DNA from: an uncultured Staphylococcaceae bacterium
GTDB taxonomy: Bacteria; Bacillota_I; Bacilli_A; RFN20; CAG-826
Reading direction: 5' to 3'
Length of the DNA stretch: 64,000 nt
NCBI GenBank assembly: GCA_964371305.1
Contig: CAYJLA010000001.1
Coordinates: 51,139 to 115,138 of the forward strand
The translations under genes and the position numbers were made by a program. Positions 1 through 8,653 of this stretch are shown in pieces (positions within the stretch are counted from its first letter, which is position 1; each line of letters starts with the position of its first letter). Below the pieces are notes generated by a model. The model was not told the DNA's origin, made no database searches, and saw only the letters and a program-made list of their open reading frames with translations.

Positions 1-2409
1 CATTGTGTGAGCTCTATCATATACCTTATCAGAAATAACAAATGTTGATTCATCTCTATTAGCAGTACCTATAAACCAAATATTAGGCGGTATTTTAAGA
101 GTATTAGCATCAGTTAAAGCAGCATATTCGGTTTCTTTTCCATCAATAGTCTTTTTAAGCTCAATGTTTACTAACTTAATTTCACGTTTATTTTCGTCGT
201 GTTCCATAAGAGAAAGAAAATCGGAGAAATAGTATTCAATTCTTGAAAGGTTCATTTCATCTAAAACGATAAATGTTGGTACGTTTTTATTTAACGCTGC
301 CTTATAAAGAGCTTGAGTAAACTTTTTAGGTGTGTATGTTTGAGTAAACTCATTATAGTAGCCGAGTAATTCGTTTTTATCTTTCCATGAAGATTCAACT
401 TCAATAATATTGCATTCACCCATTATTGCTTCTTGGAATATTTTCGGCAAGCTAGTTTTACCTGTACCAGAAAGACCTTGTAAAATCGTAAGTCTAGATG
501 TTCCAATACCAGCAACGAAAGTCGCTATATTTTGTCTTGTGTAAGATAATTTTGATTTTGAATTTTTGGCATATTGCACAACAAAAGCCACTAATCTTTC
601 TAAAGATGGTGTTTTTTCAATCAATTTTTCTTTTTCTTTTAATTCATTACCTAATAAAACCGTTGTTCTATCAATTTGGGTAAATGTTGGACATGGATCG
701 AAATTAAGTAGTTTAGGTTGGTCAAGGCTGTTGCCAGTCCCAGAAGGTCTATTAGCCTCAGACTGTTGAGAACTTCCACTACCAGAACCTTGGTTTTGGT
801 TTTGTTGAGGGCCAGTAGCTTCACCTCCATCTCCAGCATAAACTGGTTCACCATTTGCAGATGGTCTAGTTGGTCCAAACTCAAGTTCATAATCATTTTC
901 TCTGCTAAAGGAATCTGTAAACAATGCAGCAATTAAAATAGCTACATCGGCAAATAGTACAAATATTACTTGGTTAGCTATTGAATATGAATAATCAGCA
1001 CTAATAGGTATACCGTGTTGTCCTAAAATAATTTCAATATTTTCAACGTTAATTTCTTGAGCAATTATAAAATACAAAGAAGAAATGCTTAGTAAAAATA
1101 TAGTACCTATATTAAATACTGTTGTACCAGTGAAAATTACTCTTTGTTTGGTTTTAGCAAAATATGCTGCAATATTTACAATAAGTAACAACGTTGAAGT
1201 AATTAGCATTGTAATGATCATAAATGCGAGTAACTGATAACCACCACCCAATGTATTATATTGTTGTAGTAATTCAAGACCTGTGAGTTTTATAGTATCT
1301 GTTGTACCAGCATACGTATATGAAATATTAAAAACTTCTAAAAATAAGATAGCGTATACTCCAATAGTCATTATTGTTACATATACTAATCTTTCAAAAT
1401 GGAATTTTACTGCCCCTTTTTTAAACTCTCTTGCAGTAATCATATTGGTAGAGAAATCAAACTTTCCTTTTAAGAATGCATATAATAAACTTGTACATGC
1501 AATTAGCAACAGTGGTAAGAAACTTATTGTAGAAGAGATTATTCCAGCAGTTGTGTAACTATGATAAATTGCCGTTCCCAAACCAGTAACAAAGTAAATA
1601 AATGAGATTGCAATATTTAAGTACAATAAACCTTTTGTGTTTTTTATATAACGAGGTTTGCTCGATATAAAAGAAGACAAAGATAAAATAAAAACAAATA
1701 TACTTGCTAGATATAAAGAGGTAAATGTAAAAGAATATATTAAATTAAAAATATTAGTATGTTCTTGGAAACCATCTATTAAAAAATATGAATCAACCAC
1801 GCCGCCAGCTTCGATTGTAAAAAGTGGAATAAAGAACATAGTAGCAAGTAAAACAAGCACCACAACATTATAAATAAGTACATATCTTGCTAACTTTTTA
1901 ACTTCAGGAATTTTAGACACTCTTTTTTCATCTGTTTCAGGAACTTCAATCATTTTATTTCCATCTTCATCAAAGTAAATGAGTTTCCTTCTCGAGACAA
2001 AAAGAGCAAGCGCTATAACTAAAATAATTACTGTAGCGCAAATTAAAAGAAGGACGCCTTGTGTAAAGAAACCAAAAATCAAACTAACAATAATATAAAA
2101 TACAATTACTACACCATTTGCAATGATTGCAGTTAACATCAAATTAGTTTTATCTTTGATAGCATCAAATAAAGATATTAACGTTAGTCCAACAGCAACA
2201 AATGCAAAAACAATTAATAAAGTTGCAACCATTACTAAATCCTGTGTTGCTCCAATTTGCTCACTTGCAAAAGCTACTTCAAACAAACTACCACCATTAA
2301 GTACATTGTTAGTTGTTGAAAGTAATACGAAGTTTAAAATACCAACTACTAGCAATGTTAATATAGTAAAGTATCCAAATAGTTTTACTTTTTGTTGCGG
2401 TCTATCCAT
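1..2409 (-). CDS. Partial (C-terminus beyond the window edge) membrane-anchored McrB-family AAA+ GTPase. About 470 aa of polytopic N-terminal TM domain, then a Gly/Gln/Ser-rich linker, then a McrB-like NTPase domain.
   Basis: Hand translation of the minus strand gives an uninterrupted frame from ATG at 2409 (RBS GGAG 8 nt upstream) to position 1. The six-frame track misses it because it has no stop inside the window. McrB-like motifs are present: TILQGLSGTGKTSL (Walker A, compare McrB ILQGPPGCGKT), FIVLDEMNLSRIEYYFSDFLSLME (compare McrB IIDEINRANLSKVFGE..LME), and IWFIGTANRDEST (compare IGTMNTADRS). The N-terminal 450 aa are hydrophobic with at least 10 predicted TM helices. Confidence 0.6.
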   Translation of the reverse strand, partial: MDRPQQKVKLFGYFTILTLLVVGILNFVLLSTTNNVLNGGSLFEVAFASEQIGATQDLVMVATLLIVFAFVAVGLTLISLFDAIKDKTNLMLTAIIANGVVIVFYIIVSLIFGFFTQGVLLLICATVIILVIALALFVSRRKLIYFDEDGNKMIEVPETDEKRVSKIPEVKKLARYVLIYNVVVLVLLATMFFIPLFTIEAGGVVDSYFLIDGFQEHTNIFNLIYSFTFTSLYLASIFVFILSLSSFISSKPRYIKNTKGLLYLNIAISFIYFVTGLGTAIYHSYTTAGIISSTISFLPLLLIACTSLLYAFLKGKFDFSTNMITAREFKKGAVKFHFERLVYVTIMTIGVYAILFLEVFNISYTYAGTTDTIKLTGLELLQQYNTLGGGYQLLAFMIITMLITSTLLLIVNIAAYFAKTKQRVIFTGTTVFNIGTIFLLSISSLYFIIAQEINVENIEIILGQHGIPISADYSYSIANQVIFVLFADVAILIAALFTDSFSRENDYELEFGPTRPSANGEPVYAGDGGEATGPQQNQNQGSGSGSSQQSEANRPSGTGNSLDQPKLLNFDPCPTFTQIDRTTVLLGNELKEKEKLIEKTPSLERLVAFVVQYAKNSKSKLSYTRQNIATFVAGIGTSRLTILQGLSGTGKTSLPKIFQEAIMGECNIIEVESSWKDKNELLGYYNEFTQTYTPKKFTQALYKAALNKNVPTFIVLDEMNLSRIEYYFSDFLSLMEHDENKREIKLVNIELKKTIDGKETEYAALTDANTLKIPPNIWFIGTANRDESTFVISDKVYDRAHTM

Positions 2410-2598
2410 AAATTACTCCTTTAAATAGGTTTTGTGTATTTATATTAACATATAAAAATAATTTCCGTAAGTAATTAGTGTTTAGGAAGCGTTCTATCTA
2501 AATATTTGAATGGCGACATAATAAATCAAGTGTCATATTTGTAATATAAGTATTTAAAAAAATACATATATTTGATACAATAATTTATAGGTAAATTT

Positions 2599-4362
2599 AT
2601 GGCATACAAAGCACTTTATAGAACATATCGTCCTACTACTTTTGAAGAAGTAGCAGGTCAAAGAGCAATTATTAGGACTCTTCATAATGCTTTTAAGGAA
2701 AATCGCATTGCTCATGCATATTTATTTACTGGACCACGCGGAACTGGTAAAACAACGATGGCAAAATTATTCGCTAAAGGTTTAAACTGTGAAAATGGTT
2801 TTGGTCAAATTTGTAATAAATGTTCTAGTTGTGTTGAAACAAATGCAAATACTCATCCTGACATAATTGAAATCGATGCTGCAAGCAATAACGGCGTTGA
2901 AGAAATTAGATCTTTAATTGATAAAGTTAAATACTCACCAATAAAATCAAAATATAAGGTTTATATAATTGATGAGGTTCATATGATGACTAACCAAGCT
3001 TTTAATGCTCTATTAAAAACATTAGAGGAACCACCATCACACGTTATATTTGTTTTGGCCACAACCGAACCTCATAAAATACTTCCAACAATTATTTCTA
3101 GATGTCAAAGATATGATTTTACTAAAGTTGAAGAAAAAGATATATTCGCTAGAATGGTTGAGGTTCTAACTAATGAAAAAATAGTTTATGAAGATAAAGC
3201 AATTAAAGAATTAATCTCCATTGCTGATGGAGGGGTTAGAGATGCATTAAGCATGCTTGACCAAGCAATATCGTTTAGTGGAAAAAACATAAAAGAAGAA
3301 GATGTTTTAACATTATTTTCAATTGCATCAATTAAGGACAAGGTTTCTTTATTATATGCAATTGCCAACAATGATGTAAAAAATACACTCAATATATTTG
3401 AAACATTATTTGACTCTGGTACTGATATCAAGAAATTGTGCGATGACTTAATTAATGTCTTAAAAGACGTTCTTATTTATAAAACTACTTTTGATGAGTC
3501 ACTATTAAAAACAACAACTGTAGATTCAATTGATGCGCTTTTAACAGCATTTGATGTATCAAGAATCAATGTATGTATTGATCAATTTATTAATGCAAGC
3601 AATGCATTTAAAACTGTTTCTAATGCAAAAACATTGTTTGAAATTACATTACTTAAACTAGTCACTTATGATTCAACTGTTGTTGATGCTCCTCCAGTGA
3701 AGGAAGTAAAAATGCAACCTAAACCAAAAGCAAAAATCGAAGAGGAGCTCACACCTACTAAACCCGAAATAGTAGAAACTCCCGTCTTGAAATCACCTGC
3801 CGTGACTGTAGAGAAAAAGGAAGAACCTAAACAAGATTTTACCCCTGACTGGTTAAAAGGACACGTACAAGAAACTGTAAAAGAAGAAGTTATTAAAAAA
3901 GACGTAGTTGATCATACTACTATTAAAAACTCACTTGACCAATTAGACTTGTTACCATTTGAACCTAATGGAGATGAAAACGTATTAAGTGAACAAACTA
4001 TAATAAAAGTTTTTAATGTCTCTAAAGCAAATGATGTTAATGAACTTGCTGATAAATGGAACATTTTGGAGCAAGTAGATGATGTTTTAAGTACACAAAA
4101 ATACATCTCATTTTTAAAACAGGGTAGACCATATTTATTATCTAAGAATGTCTGCGTTCTTGTTTTTGAATTTGAAAGAGCAGGCAAGAAAATTAATATA
4201 ATTGCAAATCAGGATGGTTTTAAAAAGATAATCAAGTGTGTATTCGCAAAAGAAGTATTTGTATATGCATTATCTAAATCACACTCAATCGATTTATATA
4301 AAAAATATTTGGATTTGAAAAAAGCGAACAAACTTCCGCCTAAGGAAGAAGTAATTATTTAA
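2599..4362 (+). CDS. dnaX: DNA polymerase III subunit tau/gamma
   Basis: Walker A GPRGTGKTT. Clamp-loader motifs LLKTLEEPP and IISRCQ. Cys4 zinc module CENGFGQICNKCSSC. K/E/P-rich linker and tau C-terminal domain. Followed by ybaB-recR as in Firmicutes. Confidence 0.9.
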   Translation: MAYKALYRTYRPTTFEEVAGQRAIIRTLHNAFKENRIAHAYLFTGPRGTGKTTMAKLFAKGLNCENGFGQICNKCSSCVETNANTHPDIIEIDAASNNGVEEIRSLIDKVKYSPIKSKYKVYIIDEVHMMTNQAFNALLKTLEEPPSHVIFVLATTEPHKILPTIISRCQRYDFTKVEEKDIFARMVEVLTNEKIVYEDKAIKELISIADGGVRDALSMLDQAISFSGKNIKEEDVLTLFSIASIKDKVSLLYAIANNDVKNTLNIFETLFDSGTDIKKLCDDLINVLKDVLIYKTTFDESLLKTTTVDSIDALLTAFDVSRINVCIDQFINASNAFKTVSNAKTLFEITLLKLVTYDSTVVDAPPVKEVKMQPKPKAKIEEELTPTKPEIVETPVLKSPAVTVEKKEEPKQDFTPDWLKGHVQETVKEEVIKKDVVDHTTIKNSLDQLDLLPFEPNGDENVLSEQTIIKVFNVSKANDVNELADKWNILEQVDDVLSTQKYISFLKQGRPYLLSKNVCVLVFEFERAGKKINIIANQDGFKKIIKCVFAKEVFVYALSKSHSIDLYKKYLDLKKANKLPPKEEVII

Positions 4363-4373
4363 GGAGGAATATT

Positions 4374-4676
4374 ATGAATATTCAAGGAATTATGGCTCAA
4401 GCACAAAAAATGCAAAGAGAGCTAAAAAAAGCAATGGATGAATTTGAAAAAGAAGAGTTCAAAGTTGAAAAAAATGGTGCTGTTACAGTGACTATGCTCG
4501 GAAATTTACAAATTGTCTCAATAGTTATCGATGAAGAATTTTTAGACAAAGATAATAAAGATATGGTTGAAGAAACAGTAAAACTTGCTGTAAATGAAAT
4601 AATAGAAACTATTTCTAATGCTAGAGATGAAATTCAAGAAAGAATTACCGGAAGAGCCGGTGGTCTAGGATTTTAA
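4374..4676 (+). CDS. ybaB: Nucleoid-associated protein YbaB/EbfC
   Basis: About 100 aa with QAQKMQ..L N-terminal motif and C-terminal GGLGF. Position between dnaX and recR. Strong RBS AAGGAGG. Confidence 0.85.
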   Translation: MNIQGIMAQAQKMQRELKKAMDEFEKEEFKVEKNGAVTVTMLGNLQIVSIVIDEEFLDKDNKDMVEETVKLAVNEIIETISNARDEIQERITGRAGGLGF

Positions 4677-5278
4677 TGCAAGGTTTATTACCATTAGAAC
4701 GATTAATTGAAAATTTATCTAAATTACCTGGTGTTGGAAGAAAGAGTGCTGAACGAATGGCATATTCTATTCTAAACACTTCAAAAGGTGATATAACTGA
4801 TTTAATTAATTCTTTAACTTCTATTAAAGATGATATTAAAAAATGTAAAAAATGTAATTTAATAACTGATAAGGATTTGTGTGATATATGTACATCTACT
4901 AACAGAGATAAATCAAAATTAATTGTTGTTAGCGCCTCAAAGGATGTTTTTTCGTTTGAGCAATTGGGTTCATTTGAAGGGCAGTACTTTGTATTAGATA
5001 AGTTACTAAACCCTACTAGAGGAGTTGGGATTGAAGATTTAAACATAGAACAACTATTTAAAAATATTAAGGAAGATGAAGTAAAAGAGGTTATCTTAGC
5101 GTTGGATACAACAATTGATGGGGAAACCACATCTCTATACATTGCAAGATTACTTGAAAAGTTTGATCTTGAGGTCACACGACTTGCATATGGTATCCCA
5201 CTAAATGGACGTTTAGATTATATTGATTCACGAACACTTACACGTGCGCTTGAATCTAGAAAGAGTATAAAGGAGTAA
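4676..5278 (+). CDS. recR: Recombination protein RecR
   Basis: HhH motif LPGVGRKSAERMAY. Cys4 zinc finger CKKCNLITDKDLCDIC. Toprim-like C-terminal half. TAATG overlap with ybaB. Confidence 0.9.
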   Translation: MQGLLPLERLIENLSKLPGVGRKSAERMAYSILNTSKGDITDLINSLTSIKDDIKKCKKCNLITDKDLCDICTSTNRDKSKLIVVSASKDVFSFEQLGSFEGQYFVLDKLLNPTRGVGIEDLNIEQLFKNIKEDEVKEVILALDTTIDGETTSLYIARLLEKFDLEVTRLAYGIPLNGRLDYIDSRTLTRALESRKSIKE

Positions 5279-5283
5279 GTATT

Positions 5284-5913
5284 ATGTTTATAACATTTGA
5301 AGGGCCTGAAGGAAGCGGCAAGACGAGCGTTATTAATGCTGTTGAAAATTATTTTAAAACTGCTGGTTATGATGTAGTAAGAACACGTGAACCTGGTGGG
5401 ACAAATATCTCAGAACAAATAAGAAACGTTATACTTGATAAAGAAAATGTTTTAATGGACGCTAGAACAGAAGCACTACTTTATGCAGCTAGTCGTAGAC
5501 AACACCTTGTTGAAAAAATATGGCCAGCTATAAAAAGTGGAAAAATGGTTTTTTGTGATCGTTATTTAGACTCTTCATTAGCGTATCAAGGTGGAGGTCG
5601 TGACCTTGGAGTAGATGAAATCCTTAATATAAATATGTTTGCTACAGAAGGTACATTTCCAAATTTAACAATACTATTTGATATAGATCCTCATAAGGGA
5701 ATGGAAAGAATTTCACTAAACAAAAATAGAGAAGTTAATAGGCTAGACTTAGAAGCTATGTCATTTCACAAAAAAGTTAGAAATACATTTTTGGAACTTT
5801 CTGAAAAATATAATGATCGCTATGCTGTAACGGATGCATCATTACCACTTGATAAAGTAATAGAAAATGTAATCGAAATTATAAAAAATAAATTTAAAAT
5901 TCATGATCACTAA
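5284..5913 (+). CDS. tmk: Thymidylate kinase
   Basis: P-loop FEGPEGSGKTS. DRY(L) motif DRYLDSSLAYQG. Position between recR and holB. Confidence 0.9.
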   Translation: MFITFEGPEGSGKTSVINAVENYFKTAGYDVVRTREPGGTNISEQIRNVILDKENVLMDARTEALLYAASRRQHLVEKIWPAIKSGKMVFCDRYLDSSLAYQGGGRDLGVDEILNINMFATEGTFPNLTILFDIDPHKGMERISLNKNREVNRLDLEAMSFHKKVRNTFLELSEKYNDRYAVTDASLPLDKVIENVIEIIKNKFKIHDH

Positions 5914-6880
5914 AGAATATTTTTTAAAGTATCAAAAACATGTTTATGCATTGCTTTTGAATGCACTAAAAACTAATTCTTTATCACATGCATATTTACT
6001 ATCTGGAGAATCATCAGTTCCTTTATTAGATTATGCATTTTTCCTTGCAAAATCTATATTATGTGAAGAAAAAGTTGATTTTTGCTGCGATAATTGTTTG
6101 ACTTGCCATAAGGTTGATGACAATAATTATGCTGATTTAATCATTTATGATGGAGCTAGTTCAACTATAAAAAAGGAAGATGTAGGAAACATTACAGATA
6201 CCTTTTCTAAAAGCTCAATTGAAAGTAAAGGTGTTATGATTTATATCATTCACCTAGTAGATAAAATGACCACTTCTGCCACTAACGCTTTATTAAAATT
6301 TTTAGAAGAACCTGCCAATAATGTATATGCAATATTAACATGTGAAAACGAAGAGAAAGTGTTGCCAACTATTAAATCTAGAACACAAATTTTGAAATTA
6401 AAAACAATACCTAGAAATGAGATTATTGAACAAGCTATAGAGTCTAGTATCCCAAGAGAGGACGCAGAGATATTATCGTACATGTATAATTCTGTTAGTG
6501 ATATAATCACCACTTATTCTAACGAAGAGTATTTAGCTATCAAAGAATCTGTTATTGATGTTTTATATTCAATACTTAATTTTAAAGAAGAAGTATTATA
6601 CACTGTACAAAGTAAGGTTATACCTTTAACAAAAAATAAACCTCAAGCAAGGATGTTTTTCGATATTTTAGCAAATTTCTTTATGGATATAGTAAATAAT
6701 AGCGTAGGCGCTAACATAAAACTTACAAGTTATGCTACAATAATAAATGATTTAAGCACTAAATTAGTTAACATCGATCGTTCACTTATACAAATACTTA
6801 CATCTAGACAACAGTTAGAGCTCAACCTAAATACAGCTTTACTGATTGAACATACGATTATACAAATAATCAAGGAGTAA
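5903..6880 (+). CDS. holB: DNA polymerase III delta-prime subunit
   Basis: Degenerate P-loop SHAYLLSGE. Motifs LLKFLEEP and TIKSRTQ. Overlaps tmk, Bacillus-like order. Confidence 0.8.
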   Translation: MITKEYFLKYQKHVYALLLNALKTNSLSHAYLLSGESSVPLLDYAFFLAKSILCEEKVDFCCDNCLTCHKVDDNNYADLIIYDGASSTIKKEDVGNITDTFSKSSIESKGVMIYIIHLVDKMTTSATNALLKFLEEPANNVYAILTCENEEKVLPTIKSRTQILKLKTIPRNEIIEQAIESSIPREDAEILSYMYNSVSDIITTYSNEEYLAIKESVIDVLYSILNFKEEVLYTVQSKVIPLTKNKPQARMFFDILANFFMDIVNNSVGANIKLTSYATIINDLSTKLVNIDRSLIQILTSRQQLELNLNTALLIEHTIIQIIKE

Positions 6881-6882
6881 TC

Positions 6883-7818
6883 ATGAACACTAATAATATA
6901 TATACACATTTTACAAGCGTAAAATTTCCTTCTAACCCTAGGGCATATTTTTTTGGCACTAACAATCCAAATTTAAAAGTAGGAGACTATGTAATTGTTA
7001 GCACTGTTCGTGGCAATGAATTAGGAACTGTCGTTACACCATTAGAAGATATTTCAAAATGTTCTACAACAACTGAACTAAAACCAATTATAGGTTTGGC
7101 CACTAGAGAAGAACTTACAAGATATGAAGAAAATAAAGCTAAGAGTTTAGATGCTCGAATATACGTTGAAGAAACAATTGAACAATTAAAATTAGATATG
7201 AGGGTTTTATCATGTGACTTTTTCATTGATGGAAGTAAATTGATGATTACATATGTTTCTGATAATCGTGTAGACTTTAGAGAATTACTTCAAATACTTG
7301 CTACTAAGTTTAGAACACGTATAGACCTAAGACAAATTGGAAGTAGAGATAAGGCAAAAGTTGTCGGCGGTATAGGCATTTGTGGATTACCAATTTGTTG
7401 TTCATATTTTTTAAGTAATTTTGAAGGTACTTCAATAAATATGGCAAAGAATCAAATGCTTGTTTTAAATATTCCAAAACTTTCTGGTCACTGCGGAAAA
7501 CTCGTATGTTGTCTTGCCTACGAAGATGATATGTATACTGAATTAAAACAAAAATTACCTAGAATAGGCACTACTTTTGAAATGGATGGTTTAGTCTATA
7601 GAATTGGCGCAATGAATGTTTTATCGCGCGTTTTTAAAGTTGAATCCAATGAAAATATTAAATTTTTACATTTGAATGAATTTAAAAAATATCTAAAGTT
7701 CCATCACAAGAACGATTCACATAATAAACCTAATCATAATAATAACCACAGTAATAATCATAATAACAATCATAGTAGTAAACACAATAACAATCACAAC
7801 AAGAAACATGAGAAATAA
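6883..7818 (+). CDS. ricT: PSP1-domain protein RicT/YaaT with His/Asn-rich C-terminal tail
   Basis: PSP1 C-terminal domain features (VVSTVRGNELGTV..). Cys-rich stretch GICGLPICCSY..CGKLVCCLAYE. Bacillus order holB-yaaT-rsmI. The tail HNKPNHNNNHSNNHNNNHSSKHNNNHNKKHEK is low-complexity. Confidence 0.8.
   Translation: MNTNNIYTHFTSVKFPSNPRAYFFGTNNPNLKVGDYVIVSTVRGNELGTVVTPLEDISKCSTTTELKPIIGLATREELTRYEENKAKSLDARIYVEETIEQLKLDMRVLSCDFFIDGSKLMITYVSDNRVDFRELLQILATKFRTRIDLRQIGSRDKAKVVGGIGICGLPICCSYFLSNFEGTSINMAKNQMLVLNIPKLSGHCGKLVCCLAYEDDMYTELKQKLPRIGTTFEMDGLVYRIGAMNVLSRVFKVESNENIKFLHLNEFKKYLKFHHKNDSHNKPNHNNNHSNNHNNNHSSKHNNNHNKKHEK
7702..7818 (+). repeat. Imperfect short tandem repeats (aat/cat/aac units) encoding the His/Asn-rich tail of RicT
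   Basis: Reiterated cataataa(t/c)aa(c/t)ca units are visible in the sequence. Low-complexity coding repeat. Confidence 0.6.
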
Positions 7819-8653
7819 AAGTTTTGATAACAACGGATATTTATTTTATTTAATCGCTACTCCTATCGGTAATTTAAGTGAAATTAATCAACGAGCAATC
7901 GATACTATTTCTTCTTGCGATTTTGTTGCCTGCGAAGATACTCGCGTCAGCGGAAAACTATTATCACACTTAAGAATTAGTAAGCCACTTATTTCTTGTA
8001 GAGAACACAATGAAAATAATGCCTCTGAAAAAATCGTAAACTTAATTAAAGAAGGAAAGATCGGTTGTTATATGTCTGATGCAGGATATCCGTTAATAAG
8101 CGATCCAGGACAAAGATTAATTGCTAACCTAATAAACGAAGGTATTAAAATATCCACTATTTCTGGTGCTTGTGCATTTTTAAACGCTTTAGTAGGAAGC
8201 AATCTACCTACAGAGAAGTTTTTCTTTTATGGTTTTTTAGACTCTCGTGATACAAAACGCGTTTCTCAGTTAAAAGAAGTAGAACATTTTATGCATACTC
8301 TTATTTTTTATGAATCGCCACACAGACTTGAAAAAACTTTAAAAGACATGTACAAGATATTTGGAAATAGACAAATTTGTATTGCAAGAGAATTAACCAA
8401 ATTACATGAAGAATACATACGTGATACGCTTGAAAACATTATTTTACTTGATTTCAACACTATTAAAGGTGAAATCGTTATAGTGGTTGAAGGTAAAATT
8501 GAAAAAGAAATTGTTTATGATGAAACTTCACTTTATAATCTAGTAAAAAAACAATGCGATTTAGGAATTTCACCTAAAGAAGCAATCGGTAATGTCGCTA
8601 AAAAAACAAAAGTTTCGAAAAACGTTATATATAATATTTATCATAGAAACTAA
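7808..8653 (+). CDS. rsmI: 16S rRNA (cytidine1402-2'-O)-methyltransferase RsmI
   Basis: Tetrapyrrole-methylase fold motifs LYLIATPIGNLSEI..ACEDTR. Position after yaaT as in B. subtilis (yabC). Confidence 0.85.
   Translation: MRNKSFDNNGYLFYLIATPIGNLSEINQRAIDTISSCDFVACEDTRVSGKLLSHLRISKPLISCREHNENNASEKIVNLIKEGKIGCYMSDAGYPLISDPGQRLIANLINEGIKISTISGACAFLNALVGSNLPTEKFFFYGFLDSRDTKRVSQLKEVEHFMHTLIFYESPHRLEKTLKDMYKIFGNRQICIARELTKLHEEYIRDTLENIILLDFNTIKGEIVIVVEGKIEKEIVYDETSLYNLVKKQCDLGISPKEAIGNVAKKTKVSKNVIYNIYHRN

Noticed and set aside
651-932. Minus-strand 93-aa ORF listed in the track
   Set aside because: It is in a different frame from the long McrB-like reading frame that spans the same bases. It is a frame artefact.
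498-2428. Several plus-strand ORFs of 61-101 aa in the first 2.4 kb (498-683, 566-769, 718-936, 1283-1558, 1658-1873, 2123-2428)
   Set aside because: They lie antisense to the long uninterrupted minus-strand frame encoding the membrane McrB-like protein. They are low-complexity and have no RBS, so they are shadow ORFs.
3186-3431. Numerous antisense ORFs inside large genes (e.g. 3186-3431, 10250-10543, 26035-26511, 33109-33552, 42713-43135, 61019-61553)
   Set aside because: All are embedded antisense or out of frame within strongly supported housekeeping CDSs, with no RBS and compositionally biased translations.
3889-3900. A-rich heptamer (AAAAAAG) in dnaX as a possible gamma-subunit frameshift site
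   Set aside because: It is not in the X XXY YYZ register relative to the zero frame. There is no downstream stem-loop. Programmed frameshifting in dnaX is not established for Firmicutes-like lineages.
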